The position numbers were made by a program, and so were the translations under genes. The notes below the pieces were generated by a model. The model did no database searches, had not been told where the DNA came from, and was given only the letters and a program-made list of their open reading frames with translations. DNA of 64,000 bases. It comes from Macrostomum lignano. Taxonomy: Eukaryota. Where the stretch lies: contig NIVC01000150.1 in the NCBI GenBank assembly GCA_002269645.1, positions 496,001-560,000 on the forward strand, in the 5' to 3' direction. The first letter of the stretch is position 1; every line of letters starts with the position of its first letter. Below, piece after piece: positions 43,001 to 58,800 of the stretch.

Positions 43001-46000
43001 AAGGCTATTTTCATCGGGGGTATGGGTGTTGGAGAAGAGAGGCCATTTTCATCGGGGGTAAGGGTGTTGCAGAAGGGAGGCCATGTACATCGGGGGTAAG
43101 GGTGTTGCAGAAGGGAGGCCATGTACATCGGGGGTAAGGGTGTTGCAGAAGGGAGGCCATGTACATCGGGGGTAAGGGTGTTGCAGAAGGGAGGCCATGT
43201 ACATCGGGGGTAAGGGTGTTAGAGAAGGGAGGCCATGAAAATCGGGGGTAAGGGTGTTGGAGAAGAGAGGCAATGTACATCGGGGGTATGGGTGTTGGAG
43301 AAGAGAGGCCATGTACATCGGGGTATGGGTGTTGGAGAAGAGAGGCCATGTACATCGGGGTAAGGGTGTTGGAGAAGAGAGGCCATGAAAATCGGGGGTA
43401 AGGGTGTTGGAGAAGAGAGGCCATGTACATCGGGGGTATGGGTGTTGGAGAAGAGAGGCCATGTACATCGGGGTATGGGTGTTGGAGAAGAGAGGCCATG
43501 TACATCGGGGTAAGGGTGTTGGAGAAGAGAGGCCATGTACATCGGGGTAAGGGTGTTGGAGAAGGGAGGCCATGAAAATCGGGGGTAAGGGTGTTGGAGA
43601 AGAGAAGGGTGTTGGAGAAGAGAGGCCATGCACATTGGGGGTAAGGGTGTTGGAAAAGAGAGACATTAGATGTAGGTAAGGGCGTTGGAGAACGCTAAGT
43701 CATCAATTGTCAAACCGCTGCAGGTACCCCAGCCACATCTACACGGCCGGTGAGCCGTGCTCAGCCTGCCCCAGAACTGCTGGCTACTGCCTAAATGGAC
43801 TTTGCGTTAATGGCAGCCTGGCCACTGACGCTCAGCTCATAGCACGCGAAGGAAATCCTAGTAAGTCATAATGAGTCATAGAATGATTGACAGTTTGATC
43901 TAAGCCATAATTTCAAAATTCAATCAACTCGCCGATATGTAGCGCAGTAAACTTTATAAGGCAAAATTTTCAACTGGATCACGTATTTTAGCCTGCTCCG
44001 TGGTCTGCAAGAACTGCGGCTCGGCCATAGACAATCGGACCGCCTCGCCAGTGCCCGTCTGCCAGTGCAATTGCCCTGTCGGCTATGCGGGTAGCGACTG
44101 CTCCAGTGAGTAGCGCTCGCTGCGTGCGATTGGCAATGGGGAAGGAGATGGGGAAGGAGATGGGGAAGGAGAGGGAGATGGGGAAGGAGAGGGAGATGGG
44201 GAAGGAGAGGGAGATGGGGAAGGAGAGGGAGATGGGGAAGGAGAGGGAGATGGTGATGGAGAATGAGATGGAAAAGGAGATGGGGAAGGAGAGAGAGGTA
44301 GGGATGGAGAGGGAGATGGGGAAGGAGAGGGAGATGGGGAAGGAGAGGGAGATGGGGAAGGAGAGGGAGATGCAGAATGAGAGGGAGATGGGGATGGAGA
44401 AGGAGATGGAGGAGATGGAGAAGGAGATGGGGAAGGAGAGGGAGATGGGGAAGGAGAGGGAGATGGGGAAGGAGAGGGAGATGCAGAATGAGAGGGAGAT
44501 GGGGATGGAGAAGGAGATGGGGAAGGAGAGAGAGATGAAGAAGGAGAGGAACATGGGGAAGAATCAGTATTCCTACTAACAGTAGAAAGATTTGCATAAG
44601 GCCATCTAAATTAAACTTGCTCACAGCAAAGCCGTCCCTGTCGGCTGGACCGCCTTCAACCTGCGGCGCCTGCGCGGCAGCCGGGACGCCCTGCCTGAAC
44701 GGCGGCGTCGAGTCCGACAACTCCAGCTGCAGCGCCTGCCGGTGCCCGGCAAATTTCACGGGGCCCCGGTGCCAGCTGGCCGTGACGGCTTACTCCAACG
44801 GGGTGCTGCTGCGACTGCGCAGCGGCTTCGACTTCTGCACCGGCAGCAGCTGCGCCCGAGTGCCGCTGGGATACGGCGGGGTGAGCAGCTGGGGAGATTA
44901 TGAGGGAACCAGGCATACAACCGGCTTATCTTCTGTTTCCGGTGATTGAACCGGAAATTGAGCTACTAAGCTGTAGGATGGGACCGGAAATGAGGAAGCG
45001 GATGCTGCAGGATGGGACCGGAAATGAGGGAGCGGATGCTTCAGGATGGGACCGGAAATGAGGGGGCGGATGCTGCAGGATGGGACCGGAAATGAGGGAG
45101 CGGATGCTTCAGGATGGGACCGGAAATGAGGGGGCGGATGCTGCAGGATGGGACCGGAAATGAGGGAGCGGATGCTGCAGGATGGGACCGGAAATGAGGG
45201 AGCGGATGCTTTAGGTTGGGACCGGAAATGAGGGAGCGGATGCTTCAGGATGGGACCGGAAATGAGGGAGCGGATGCTGCAGGATGGGACCGGAAATGAG
45301 GGAGCGGATGCTTTAGGTTGAAACCGGAAATGAGGGAGCGGATGCTTTAGGTTGGGACCGGAAATGAGGGAGCGGATGCTTCAGGATGGGACCGGAAATG
45401 AGGGAGCGGATGCTTTAGGTTGGGACCGGAAATGAGGGCGGATGCTTTAGGTTGGGACCAGAAATGAGGAAGCGGATGCTGCAGGATGGGACCGGAAATG
45501 AGGGAGCGGATGCTTTAGGTTGGGACCGGAAATGAGGGGGCGGATGCTGCAGGATGGGACCGGAAATAATGGGCGGATGCTATTGGATTATCGATAAACA
45601 AATATGAACCGAAAGATCACTACCTATCTTCCAACACTTCCCCAGTTCGTCCGCGATGTCTGGCCCACCCTGCGAACCTTGCTGGCCTCCGCCATCAACA
45701 CGTTCTGCCGAGCCGATCCCGCCCGTTGCTGCCCGATTGTTTCCAGCAGCGGGGCTGGCGACCTGGCCTCCACAACTCTGCTGTCCTCAGCTGAACTCTA
45801 CTACGTGAACTACTCGATTAAAACAGCTGACTCGGGCGACCTTGAGGTTGCCGTCTATGCTGAGCCCCCGACCGGAAACAGTCTGTGCGCCTCCGCTGCC
45901 GCCGGAAGTGGACGAAAGAAGCGGGCAGGTAGGCGGACAAAGTTTGATTGCTGAAATTGACGACCTCTTGTGAGGTTGGTGTAGGAATGGGGTGGGTGCA

Positions 46001-46957
46001 GGAGTGTGGTTGGTACAGGAGCGGGTTGGGTGCAGGACTGGGGTGGGTGCAGGAGTGGGTGGGTGTAGGAGTAGGGTGGGTGCAGGAGTGAGGTGGGTGC
46101 AGGAGTGGGGTGGGTGTAGGAGTAGGGTGAGTGCAGGAGTGAGGTGGGTGCAGGAGTGTGGTTGGTACAGGAGTGGAGTGGGTGCAGGACTGGGGTGGGT
46201 GCAGGAGTGAGGTGGGTGCAGGAGCGGGTTGGGTGCAGGACTGGGGTGGGTGCAGGAGTAAAGTGGGTGCAGGAGTGGGGTGGGTGCAGGACTGGGGTGG
46301 GTGCAGGAGTGTGGTGGGTACAGGAGTGGGGTGAGTGCAGGACTGGGGTGGGTGCAGGAGTGTGGTGGGTGCAGGAGCGGGTTGGGTGCAGGAGCGGGTT
46401 GGGTGCAGGATTGGGGTGGGTGCAGGAGTGTGGTGGGTGCAGGAGTGGGGTGGGTGCAGGAGTGTGGTGGGTACAGGAGTGGGGTGAGTGCAGGACTGTG
46501 GTGGGTACAGGAGTGGGGTGAGTGCAGGACTGGGGTGGGTGCAGGAGTGTGGTGGGTGCAGGAGTAAAGTGGGTGTAAGAGTAGGGTGGGTGCAGGAGTG
46601 AGGTGGGTGCAGGAATGGCGTGGGTGTAGGAGTGGGGTGGGTGTAGGAGCGGAGTGGGTGTAGTAGGTTGGTGCAGTTTTAGTAGAAACGCTAAGCATTC
46701 AACGTAAACGATTTGCAGCTTCCGCAGCCTCAGGCAGCAGTCTCTCAGCCAGCGCTCTGACCGCCTCCATCAACTCTGGAAACTCTTCAATCAGCGGCGG
46801 TCTACCCGGCGTCAGCGTCAGCTTTGTGACCGACTACAAGTCAGTTGCTGATGCCATGTTCGGCTATAATCAGAACTCGGCTTCAAACGGCTTCATCAGT
46901 GCCGGAGGCTGGGTCGGTGGACTCACAGCTGCTGCTTTGCTGTCGCGCCTGGGATGA
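37066..46957 (+). CDS. Secreted CAP/SCP-domain protein with 2 EGF-like modules, a SEA-like domain with a furin site, and a GPI-type C-terminus; 7 exons (37066-37230, 37595-37920, 43724-43860, 43992-44105, 44627-44880, 45646-45928, 46719-46957; 505 aa)
   Basis: Signal peptide [26 protein letters not shown] motifs [49 protein letters not shown], and hinge GEPCSACP...C..GLC. EGF-like CKNCGS...[12 protein letters not shown] and CLNGG...[12 protein letters not shown]. All six introns are GT-AG with matching phases (0,2,1,1,0,1); exons total 1518 nt = 506 codons. Confidence 0.85.
37300..37592. repeat. ~37-bp minisatellite (ATGTACATGGCCTCTCTCCTCCAACACCCTTACCCCA)n in CAP intron 1
   Basis: Direct reading. 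Confidence 0.9.
38100..38570. repeat. 21-bp (GAAACCAACCTCTATGACCAAAC-type)n minisatellite in CAP intron 2
   Basis: Direct reading. Confidence 0.93.
39035..40032 (-). CDS. Tyrosine recombinase (YR) of the Ngaro element
   Basis: Catalytic residues R (GMLRLGD), K (KSKTNQ), HxxR (GHSIRRGG), W...Y ([11 protein letters not shown]). N-terminal SAM-like region (NSWRSY...WEAFC...SLRSYIHAV). No ATG upstream of the catalytic Arg region. Confidence 0.9.
39832..41644 (-). pseudogene. Ngaro RT-RNase H, disrupted
   Basis: ATG at 41644 overlaps the gag stop (TGATG). [14 protein letters not shown] is followed by an apparent frameshifting deletion near 41510. RT motifs [25 protein letters not shown]. In-frame TAG at 40350-40348 before RNase H IYTDSTAV...[15 protein letters not shown]. 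Confidence 0.85.
41644..42746 (-). pseudogene. Ngaro gag: SAP-domain leader (42746-42386) plus gag core (42356-41644), with an in-frame TAG at 42183-42181
   Basis: SAP-like [28 protein letters not shown]. Core [23 protein letters not shown]...YLDY...[10 protein letters not shown]-terminal CX8CX4CX3H finger ([19 protein letters not shown]). The two parts are in different frames and are joined in frame by a 29-nt GT-AG segment. Confidence 0.75.
43010..43670. repeat. ~38-bp minisatellite, inverted copy of the intron-1 family
   Basis: CATGTACATCGGGGGTAAGGGTGTTGGAGAAGAGAGGC matches the reverse complement of the intron-1 unit. Confidence 0.93.
44135..44560. repeat. 18-bp purine-rich (GGGAAGGAGAGGGAGATG)n in CAP intron 4
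   Basis: Direct reading. Confidence 0.93.
44970..45580. repeat. ~33-bp (GCTGCAGGATGGGACCGGAAATGAGGGAGCGGAT-type)n in CAP intron 5
   Basis: Direct reading. Confidence 0.93.
45975..46670. repeat. 17/18-bp G-rich (GGTGGGTGCAGGAGTG)n in CAP intron 6
   Basis: Direct reading. Confidence 0.93.
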
Positions 46958-46989
46958 CATGATGATGCTGGTGCTGATGCTGAAGCCAA

Positions 46990-47019
46990 TGAAGATGATG
47001 ATAGTGCTGGTGATGATGC

Positions 47020-47089
<70 letters not shown>

Positions 47090-47150
47090 AATGATGATGA
47101 TGATGATGATGATGATGAGGATGATGAAGATGATGATAATGATGATGATG
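46990..47150. repeat. (GAT)n trinucleotide run immediately 3' of the CAP stop codon
   Basis: Direct reading. Confidence 0.95.
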
Positions 47151-47489
47151 AATTGAGCCAAGATAATTACAGTCGGATTGCAGAAACTGTGAACAAATAA
47201 TTCCCGATGCCTTTTAAGATAAAAAAATGTTTTTAATGCCGTTAAACTAAGAAATTAAAAACGAAATTACGTTATTCCTTTTTCAAAAATATCTAAACAT
47301 ATTCATATTCTTGAAACTGATATTTGTATTTCTTAAACTATTTTAAATCTTGATGTTGCACGAGTCAGTCTGCACGATCTCGCACACTCTCTTTAAGAGT
47401 CTATTTCACTACTTGGCTTTATATTTTTCTGGTCATGCAATTGCGAGCTGTCTTTATATATTTCTTTTTGTGGGTAAGGGGTTGAAGGA

Positions 47490-47780
47490 TTTAAGTATTG
47501 AGGGCTTGAGGGGTGGAAGGGTTTAGGGGTTGAGGGGTTGATTGTTGAGAGGGGTTGAGGGGTTGAGTGTTGAGAGTGGTTGAGGGTTGAGGGTGGAAGG
47601 GTTTAGGGGTTGAGGGGTTGAGTGTTGAGAGGGGTTGAGGGGTTGAGTGTTGAGAGGGGTTGAGGGGTTGAGTGTTGAGAGGGGTTGAGGGGTTGAGTGT
47701 TGAGAGGGGTTGAGGGGTTGAGTGTTGAGAGGGGTTGAGGGGTTGAGTGTTGAGAGGGGTTGAGGGGTTGAGTGTTGAGG
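47490..47780. repeat. (GAGGGGTTGAGTGTTGAGAGGGGTT)n minisatellite
   Basis: Direct reading. Confidence 0.9.
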
Positions 47781-49214
47781 GTTTACGGGTCTAGTAGAGT
47801 TGGTGGCGGAGCTCAGTGGGTTAGCTATTAAAAGATTTCTTCACAGTAGAAACTTCTCACTTGAATGAAACATATTACAATATATTTTAAATAGCGTGCA
47901 ACTAACGGTGATATTTGAATGGGCGAATGTGAATATAATCAATAAGTGTAGTATTTCGACAATAATAAAAAATTATAATAAACTTCAGCTGCTTCCGAAA
48001 TACAAGCCTAGAAATGTCTTACTCACTATGTACTACTGCAAAACAGAGGCAATGAGTAGCACTGTCAATGTACGTTAGCAGAGTTCCTATAAAGCGTATT
48101 ATGCATGTAGTACATTACACGTGGACCAACTATCAACATTACATATTGCTCTATTAATCGCGTACATTTTAGCTGAAATTTCTATTATTGTCTCGTATAA
48201 AAATTCAACAATGATCATCAAAATGTTTTAAAACTCTGTAGTCAGATACTTATTGAGAATTTGTGCGTGTATGGCAAAGTCTAAGATAGAGTGGAAACAC
48301 AGAGTTTATCAGGGTTGAAGGGGCGGAAACACTGGGGCTGTCAGTGAGAGAGGGGGCGGAAACACTGGGGCTGTTAGGGGTAGAGGGGGCGGAAACACTG
48401 GGGCTGTCAGGGGTAGAGGGGCGGGAAAGCAGGGCCTGGCAGGGAGCGAGGGGTGGGTACACTTGGGCTGTCAAGGGTACACATGAGAAAGGGGCGAACA
48501 GGAGCTGTCAGGGAGAGGGGGAGGGTACAGAGGGGCTGTCAGGGAGAGAAGGGGCGGGTATGCAGGGGCCGTCAGGAAGAGAGGGGGCAGAAACACAGGG
48601 GTTGTCAGGGAGAGGTGTCAGCACACAAATTACAGACACAATTGCAATAGCTAGAACTGTCTGGAACCACAGTGAGGCATCCGCTGAAATTTTAACTAGC
48701 AAATTGTGCAACTGTCTATGGCCCAGCCTCAGGCCTCAGCAACGGGAGGCATGATGTCGGCCGTGTGCCAGTCCTCCTCGTCCAAGCCATTGTCGCACTG
48801 GCCGTCATTTGCGCTGCCGCAGCCGCAGGCGCACTGAATATCGCCCAGGCTAATCGTGGTTGCCATGGCAACTTTAATTGGCTCGGCTCTCTGTCGATCA
48901 TCACCAGGAGGAGCGGCTGCCGCCGGTGATGAGGTGACGAAGCTGACTTCCTCAGTCTGAGCAGTGCCGCGGTAAATCGGAGCCATCGAGTGGCTGTCAG
49001 ACTGCATGCGTGAGGCGGGGGTGCCAGTGAGGAAGTTCACCATCCGGGGATAAGATAATATTTAATAACTGGCAGTGATTCTTGTGATTGAAACTGAGTA
49101 AATATTCGAAATCCGTGAGAGAAATCCGTACGTACGAGCATGCAGCTGGGGTGCCACTTTAAATAGAATGTGTGAATGGGAGTTAAACCTTCGCAGTGTC
49201 TGTCTTGATGACTT

Positions 49215-49744
49215 TTTGTGTCTGTGTCAGTGTCTTTCTCAGCGTCTATCTTAGTGTCTGCCTCAGTGTCTGTGTCAGTGCCTGTCTCAGTGTCTGTCTC
49301 AGTGTCTGTCTCAGTGTCTGTCTCAGTGTCTGTGTCAGTGCCTGTCTCAGTGTCTGTCTCAGTGTCTGTCTCAGTGTCTGTCTCAGTGTCTGTCTCAGTG
49401 TCTGTCTCAGTGTCTGTCTCAGTGTCTGTCTCAGTGTCTGTCTCAGTGTCTGTGTCAGTGCCTGTCTCAGTGTCTGTCTCAGTGTCTGTCTCAGTGTCTG
49501 TCTCAGTGTCTGTCTCAGTGTCTGTCTCAGTGTCAGTGTCTGTCTCAGTGTCTGTCTCAGTGTCTGTCTCAGTGTCTGTCTCAGTGTCTGTCTCAGTGTC
49601 TGTGTCAGTGCCTGTCTCAGTGTCTGTCTCAGTGTCTGTCTCAGTGTCTGTCTCAGTGCCTGTCTCAGTGCCTGTCTCAGTGTCTGTCTCAGTGCCTGTC
49701 CCAGTGTCTGTCTTAGTGTTTTAGTGTCTGTCTTAGTGTTTTAG

Positions 49745-49841
<97 letters not shown>

Positions 49842-49845
49842 TTCT
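49215..49845. repeat. 12-bp (CAGTGTCTGTCT)n grading into (TCTG)n
   Basis: Direct reading. Confidence 0.96.
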
Positions 49846-50194
49846 GTCTGCCTCAGCTCTACAGCCGGGTGACATCGGTGGCAACAGAGCAGTCAGCAGA
49901 GGAGGCGATGCTGTCACTGGGCAGGGGTCTCATGCAGAGGCCCACGGGAGTGTTGCAGTCGGTTACAGCGAACCCGGAAGTCACAAGCTCTGGCTGCATC
50001 TGATGACAAATATTTTTCTCTGAGGAAGGGCACAAGGCGGCCTCAGATGATGCCGTGTTGGGCGAGCCAGAGAACAGCAGATGGCAACAGGTGCAGCAGT
50101 TCCTCTGCACAGGGATATAGGTAGTTGCACACATTCTGGGATATAACTTGGTTGTTTAAACAACTCGGTGAAAACTTAACTTTATGACCTATCA

Positions 50195-50415
50195 AATAAA
50201 TGACCAATCAACTCAATGACCAATCAACTCAATGACCAATCAACTCAATGACCAATAAACTCAATGACCAATAAACTCAATGACCAATAAACTCAATGAC
50301 CAATCAACTCAATGACCAATAAACTAAAGGAAAAATAAACTCAATGACCAATAAACTAAATGACCAATAAACTAAATGACCAATAAGCTCAATGACCAAA
50401 AAACTCAATGACCAA
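50195..50415. repeat. 16-bp (CAATAAACTCAATGAC)n abutting the LINE 5' TSD
   Basis: Direct reading. Confidence 0.9.
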
Positions 50416-50888
50416 TTAAGTAGCTCACTCGGGGGGCAAACGGCAACTTAAACCGAGGGACTCTGTGACATCCGCCAGCTTTTCGTTTTTCGAGGAGGCT
50501 CTTCCCCCTCCTTTTCGTTCTGGCCTGGCGTGGAAGCGGCTAGCTTCCTCGTCTTGGTCTGCTGGTGGGGGACGGATCCCCCCTGCTGCTTTTTTGCGGG
50601 GCAGGTGGCTGCTAAGTAGTTGGCTGCTGGCTAAGCGCCAACTACCCATCGACAGCCCTTAGTTGCAACTGGTACCACACGGGTTCTCGAGGGCCGCTCT
50701 TGTGGGGGAGGGCTCGGGCGTCGGCTGTCAACTCGACCTGGCGCCTGTGTCCCAAGCCCGCAGCCGGCCTCCCGCCCCCTGATCTTGCAGAGTGTGGACC
50801 GGGGGCCTGCCGGAGCCTCGCCTGGGAGCAATCCTGGGATAAGACGGCAACCCAAAGCTTCTCTGCTGTTTACCGTGGCAGAGGGTAG

Positions 50889-55719
<4,831 letters not shown>

Positions 55720-55850
55720 TCCTTGTGCTCTTTTACCTTGGGGTTGCGATAGGGGCCTCGCGGCCTATTCGCGGCGCCTGCGCCCCCCGTCAGTAGTAAG
55801 TAAGTAAGTAAGTAGCTCACTCACCCATCAGCTAAATGCCCCAATGATCC

Positions 55851-58800
55851 TTAATCCCTAAGCCAAGGATTGAGATTCTTACAAACCTTCGAATTCCCTT
55901 GCTCAGCGGAATCGGCCGCACTTTTGCTTCTGGAGTTCAACTTCTGCTGCTGCAGCTGCTGCTGCTTGCCGCAGGCGCCGCTGATTCTGTCCGTGCGCCG
56001 TCTCTCCAGACAGCGGCGAAGGCTGCTGGGGAGGCAGCGGCCGCCGCTGCTCAGCAGGCGCCGCTCCCAGGCCTCGCGAATTCTCTCGTGAGCGGCGATC
56101 TGGGTGGCGAAGATGAAGCAGCCCTGCAGGCCGGTGAGCAGCACGAACAGGTAGTGAGCCACGAGCAGGAACCGGCCCTGAGCAAAGAAGAATAGAATGC
56201 ACAGCAGCCAGGTGAGCCCGAGCAGCGAGGCCAGCGTGATTGACAGCTTCACCTGGGGGATGGGATAGAGAATAGTCCATTCTGAATTATAATGTAATGC
56301 TTTCGTAATTGAGACGAATCTCATTGAGACGAATCTCATTGAGACGAATCTCATTGAGACGAATCTCATTGAGACGAATCTCATTGAGACGAATCTCATT
56401 GAGACGAATCTCATTGAGACGAATCTCATTGAGACGAATCTCATTGAGACGAATCTCATTGAAACGAATCTCATTGAAACGAATCGCATTGAGACGAATC
56501 TCATTGAGACGAATCGCATTGAGACGAATCTCATTGAGACGAATCGCATTGAGACGAATCTCATTGAGACGAATCGCATTGAGACGAATCTCATTGAAAC
56601 GAATCGCATTGAGACGAATCTCATTGAGACGAATCTCTTTGAGACGAATCGCATTGAGACGAATCTCATTGAAACGAATCTCATTGAAACGAATCGCATT
56701 GAGACGAATCTCATTGAGACGAATCGCATTGAGACGAATCTCATTGAGACGAATCGCATTGAGACGAATCTCATTGAAACGAATCTCATTGAGACGAATC
56801 TCATTGAAACGAATCGCATTGAGACGAATCTCATTGAGACGAATCTCATTGAGACGAATCTCATTGAGACGAATCTCATTGAGACGAATCTCATTGAGAC
56901 GAATCTCATTGAGACGAATCTCATTGAGACGAATCTCATTGAGACGAATCTCATTGAGACGAATCTCATTGAGACGAATCTCATTGAGACGAATCTAATT
57001 GAGACGAATCTAATTGAAACGAATCTCATTGAGACGAATCTCATTGAGACGAATCTCATTGAGACGAATCTAATTGAGACGAATCTCATTGAGACGAATT
57101 TCATTGAGACGACTCTCATTGAGACGAATCTAATTGAAACGAATCTCATTGAGACGAATCTCATCGAGACGAATCTCATTGAGACGAACCTCATTGAGAC
57201 GAATCTCATCGAGACCAAGGCTCGGCATACGGCAACTCACCTGCCGTCTCATGAACTCTCCGAGGCCGAAGTGTCCCTCCATACCTCCGCTATATCCGTT
57301 GCAGCCTCCACCATCGCCTCCGGCTCCGAGATCCCTCCTGGACAGTTTGACCAGAATGGCCACAAAGATGGCGAGGTTGACGGCGCAGACAAACAGGACC
57401 GGGCCGAGGAAGGCCCAATAAGTGCCGTTCCGGTCGGACAGCCAGCAGGTGCTCGGCTCCTCCAGGCTGGCGCTGTGGCCTTCCAGGTTGGGCCGGTACT
57501 GGATCATCTGGTCCGACCGGATCAACGCCACCGGCACGAGAATTGCGGCTGGAGCCAGGATGCTCAGCAGGCAATAGTGCCGGAACTTCACCTGGTGATG
57601 GGTTCCGGGACAACGGGCTCGTGTTGACGCTTTTCAACACCCGCCTCACTCCTGCACCCACCTCACTCCTGCACCCACCTCATTCCTGCACCCACCTCAC
57701 TCCTGCACCCACCTCACTCCTGCACCCACCTCACTCCTGCACCCACCTCACTCCTGCACCCACCTCACTCCTGCACCCACCTCACTCCTGCACCCACCTC
57801 ACTCCTGCACCCACCTCACTCCTGCACCCACCTCACTCCTGCACCCACCTCACTCCTGCACCCACCTCACTCCTGCACCCACCTCACTCCTGCACCCACC
57901 TCACTCCTGCACCCACCTCACTCCTGCACCCACCTCACTCCTGCACCCACCTCACTCCTGCACCCACCTCACTCCTGCACCCACCTCACTCCTGCACCCA
58001 TCTCACTCCTGCACCCACCTCACTCCCTGCATCCACCCCACTCCGCTGCCTATCTCAGTTCAACCCCTTTGCCCACCTTGGCGAAGGTGCTGTCTACTCC
58101 TGGCAGCACCACAATGAGGCTCTTGGTGTACATGAAGCCTTCGCAAAGCAGCCAGCAGAAGACGGCGAGAAAGAGGTACACAGCGGCTCCCGACACAATC
58201 TTGCAGGCCAACGCGCCGAATGTGGTCCCGCGCTCGAACCCGGCTAGAAAAAGGGCGTGCGCGCCCAGCAGGCAGGCAGACAGGCAGCTGTGCACCCGAT
58301 GCAGAGTTGCTATGGAGTGATCGGCGGCCTGAGTCTTCACTCGGACAGCCGCATAGGTGACGCAGGTGAGCAGCAGGCAGAGGATTGACAGGCCCAGGCA
58401 GACGTAGGTGAGAACTGCCAGCGGCACAGAGTGCTCCATCAGCAGCTGCTTGGACTCGATCGTAGCCCAGGAGTCGCTCGGCGACACGACAACAGCAAAA
58501 CTGCTGAGATGGTTGCACAGGCAGGCGGTTTTCACTGCGCTGCTGAGCTCGGGCACCACCCGGCAACCGTGGGAGTCGAGCAGCCCAGTACCCGGCCTCA
58601 GGTAGGCGCAGGTCCTGTGGACTCCGACCCACTGCCTGCCGCTCAGATGCGGCAGCACGGCCAGAACCGACGCCTCTGTCAGCCTGCGACTTCCCGGGCC
58701 GTCCGAACTGCCGAAGAGGCTGGCCTGAACGATTTGAGTCGCGATGAGGCCCGACGTCTCCGGGGCGTTGCCGGGCGGATCTGGCAGGCTGCCAATGAGA

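Noticed and set aside
44970-45580. CRISPR-like appearance of the ~33-bp and ~38-bp regular arrays
   Set aside because: Units are directly tandem with no unique spacers, there are no cas genes, and the context is eukaryotic and intronic.
55851-57218. 455-aa ORF with (MRFVS)n fused to TM6-7
   Set aside because: The repeat part is intronic; the exon starts at the acceptor CCCCAG|56252.
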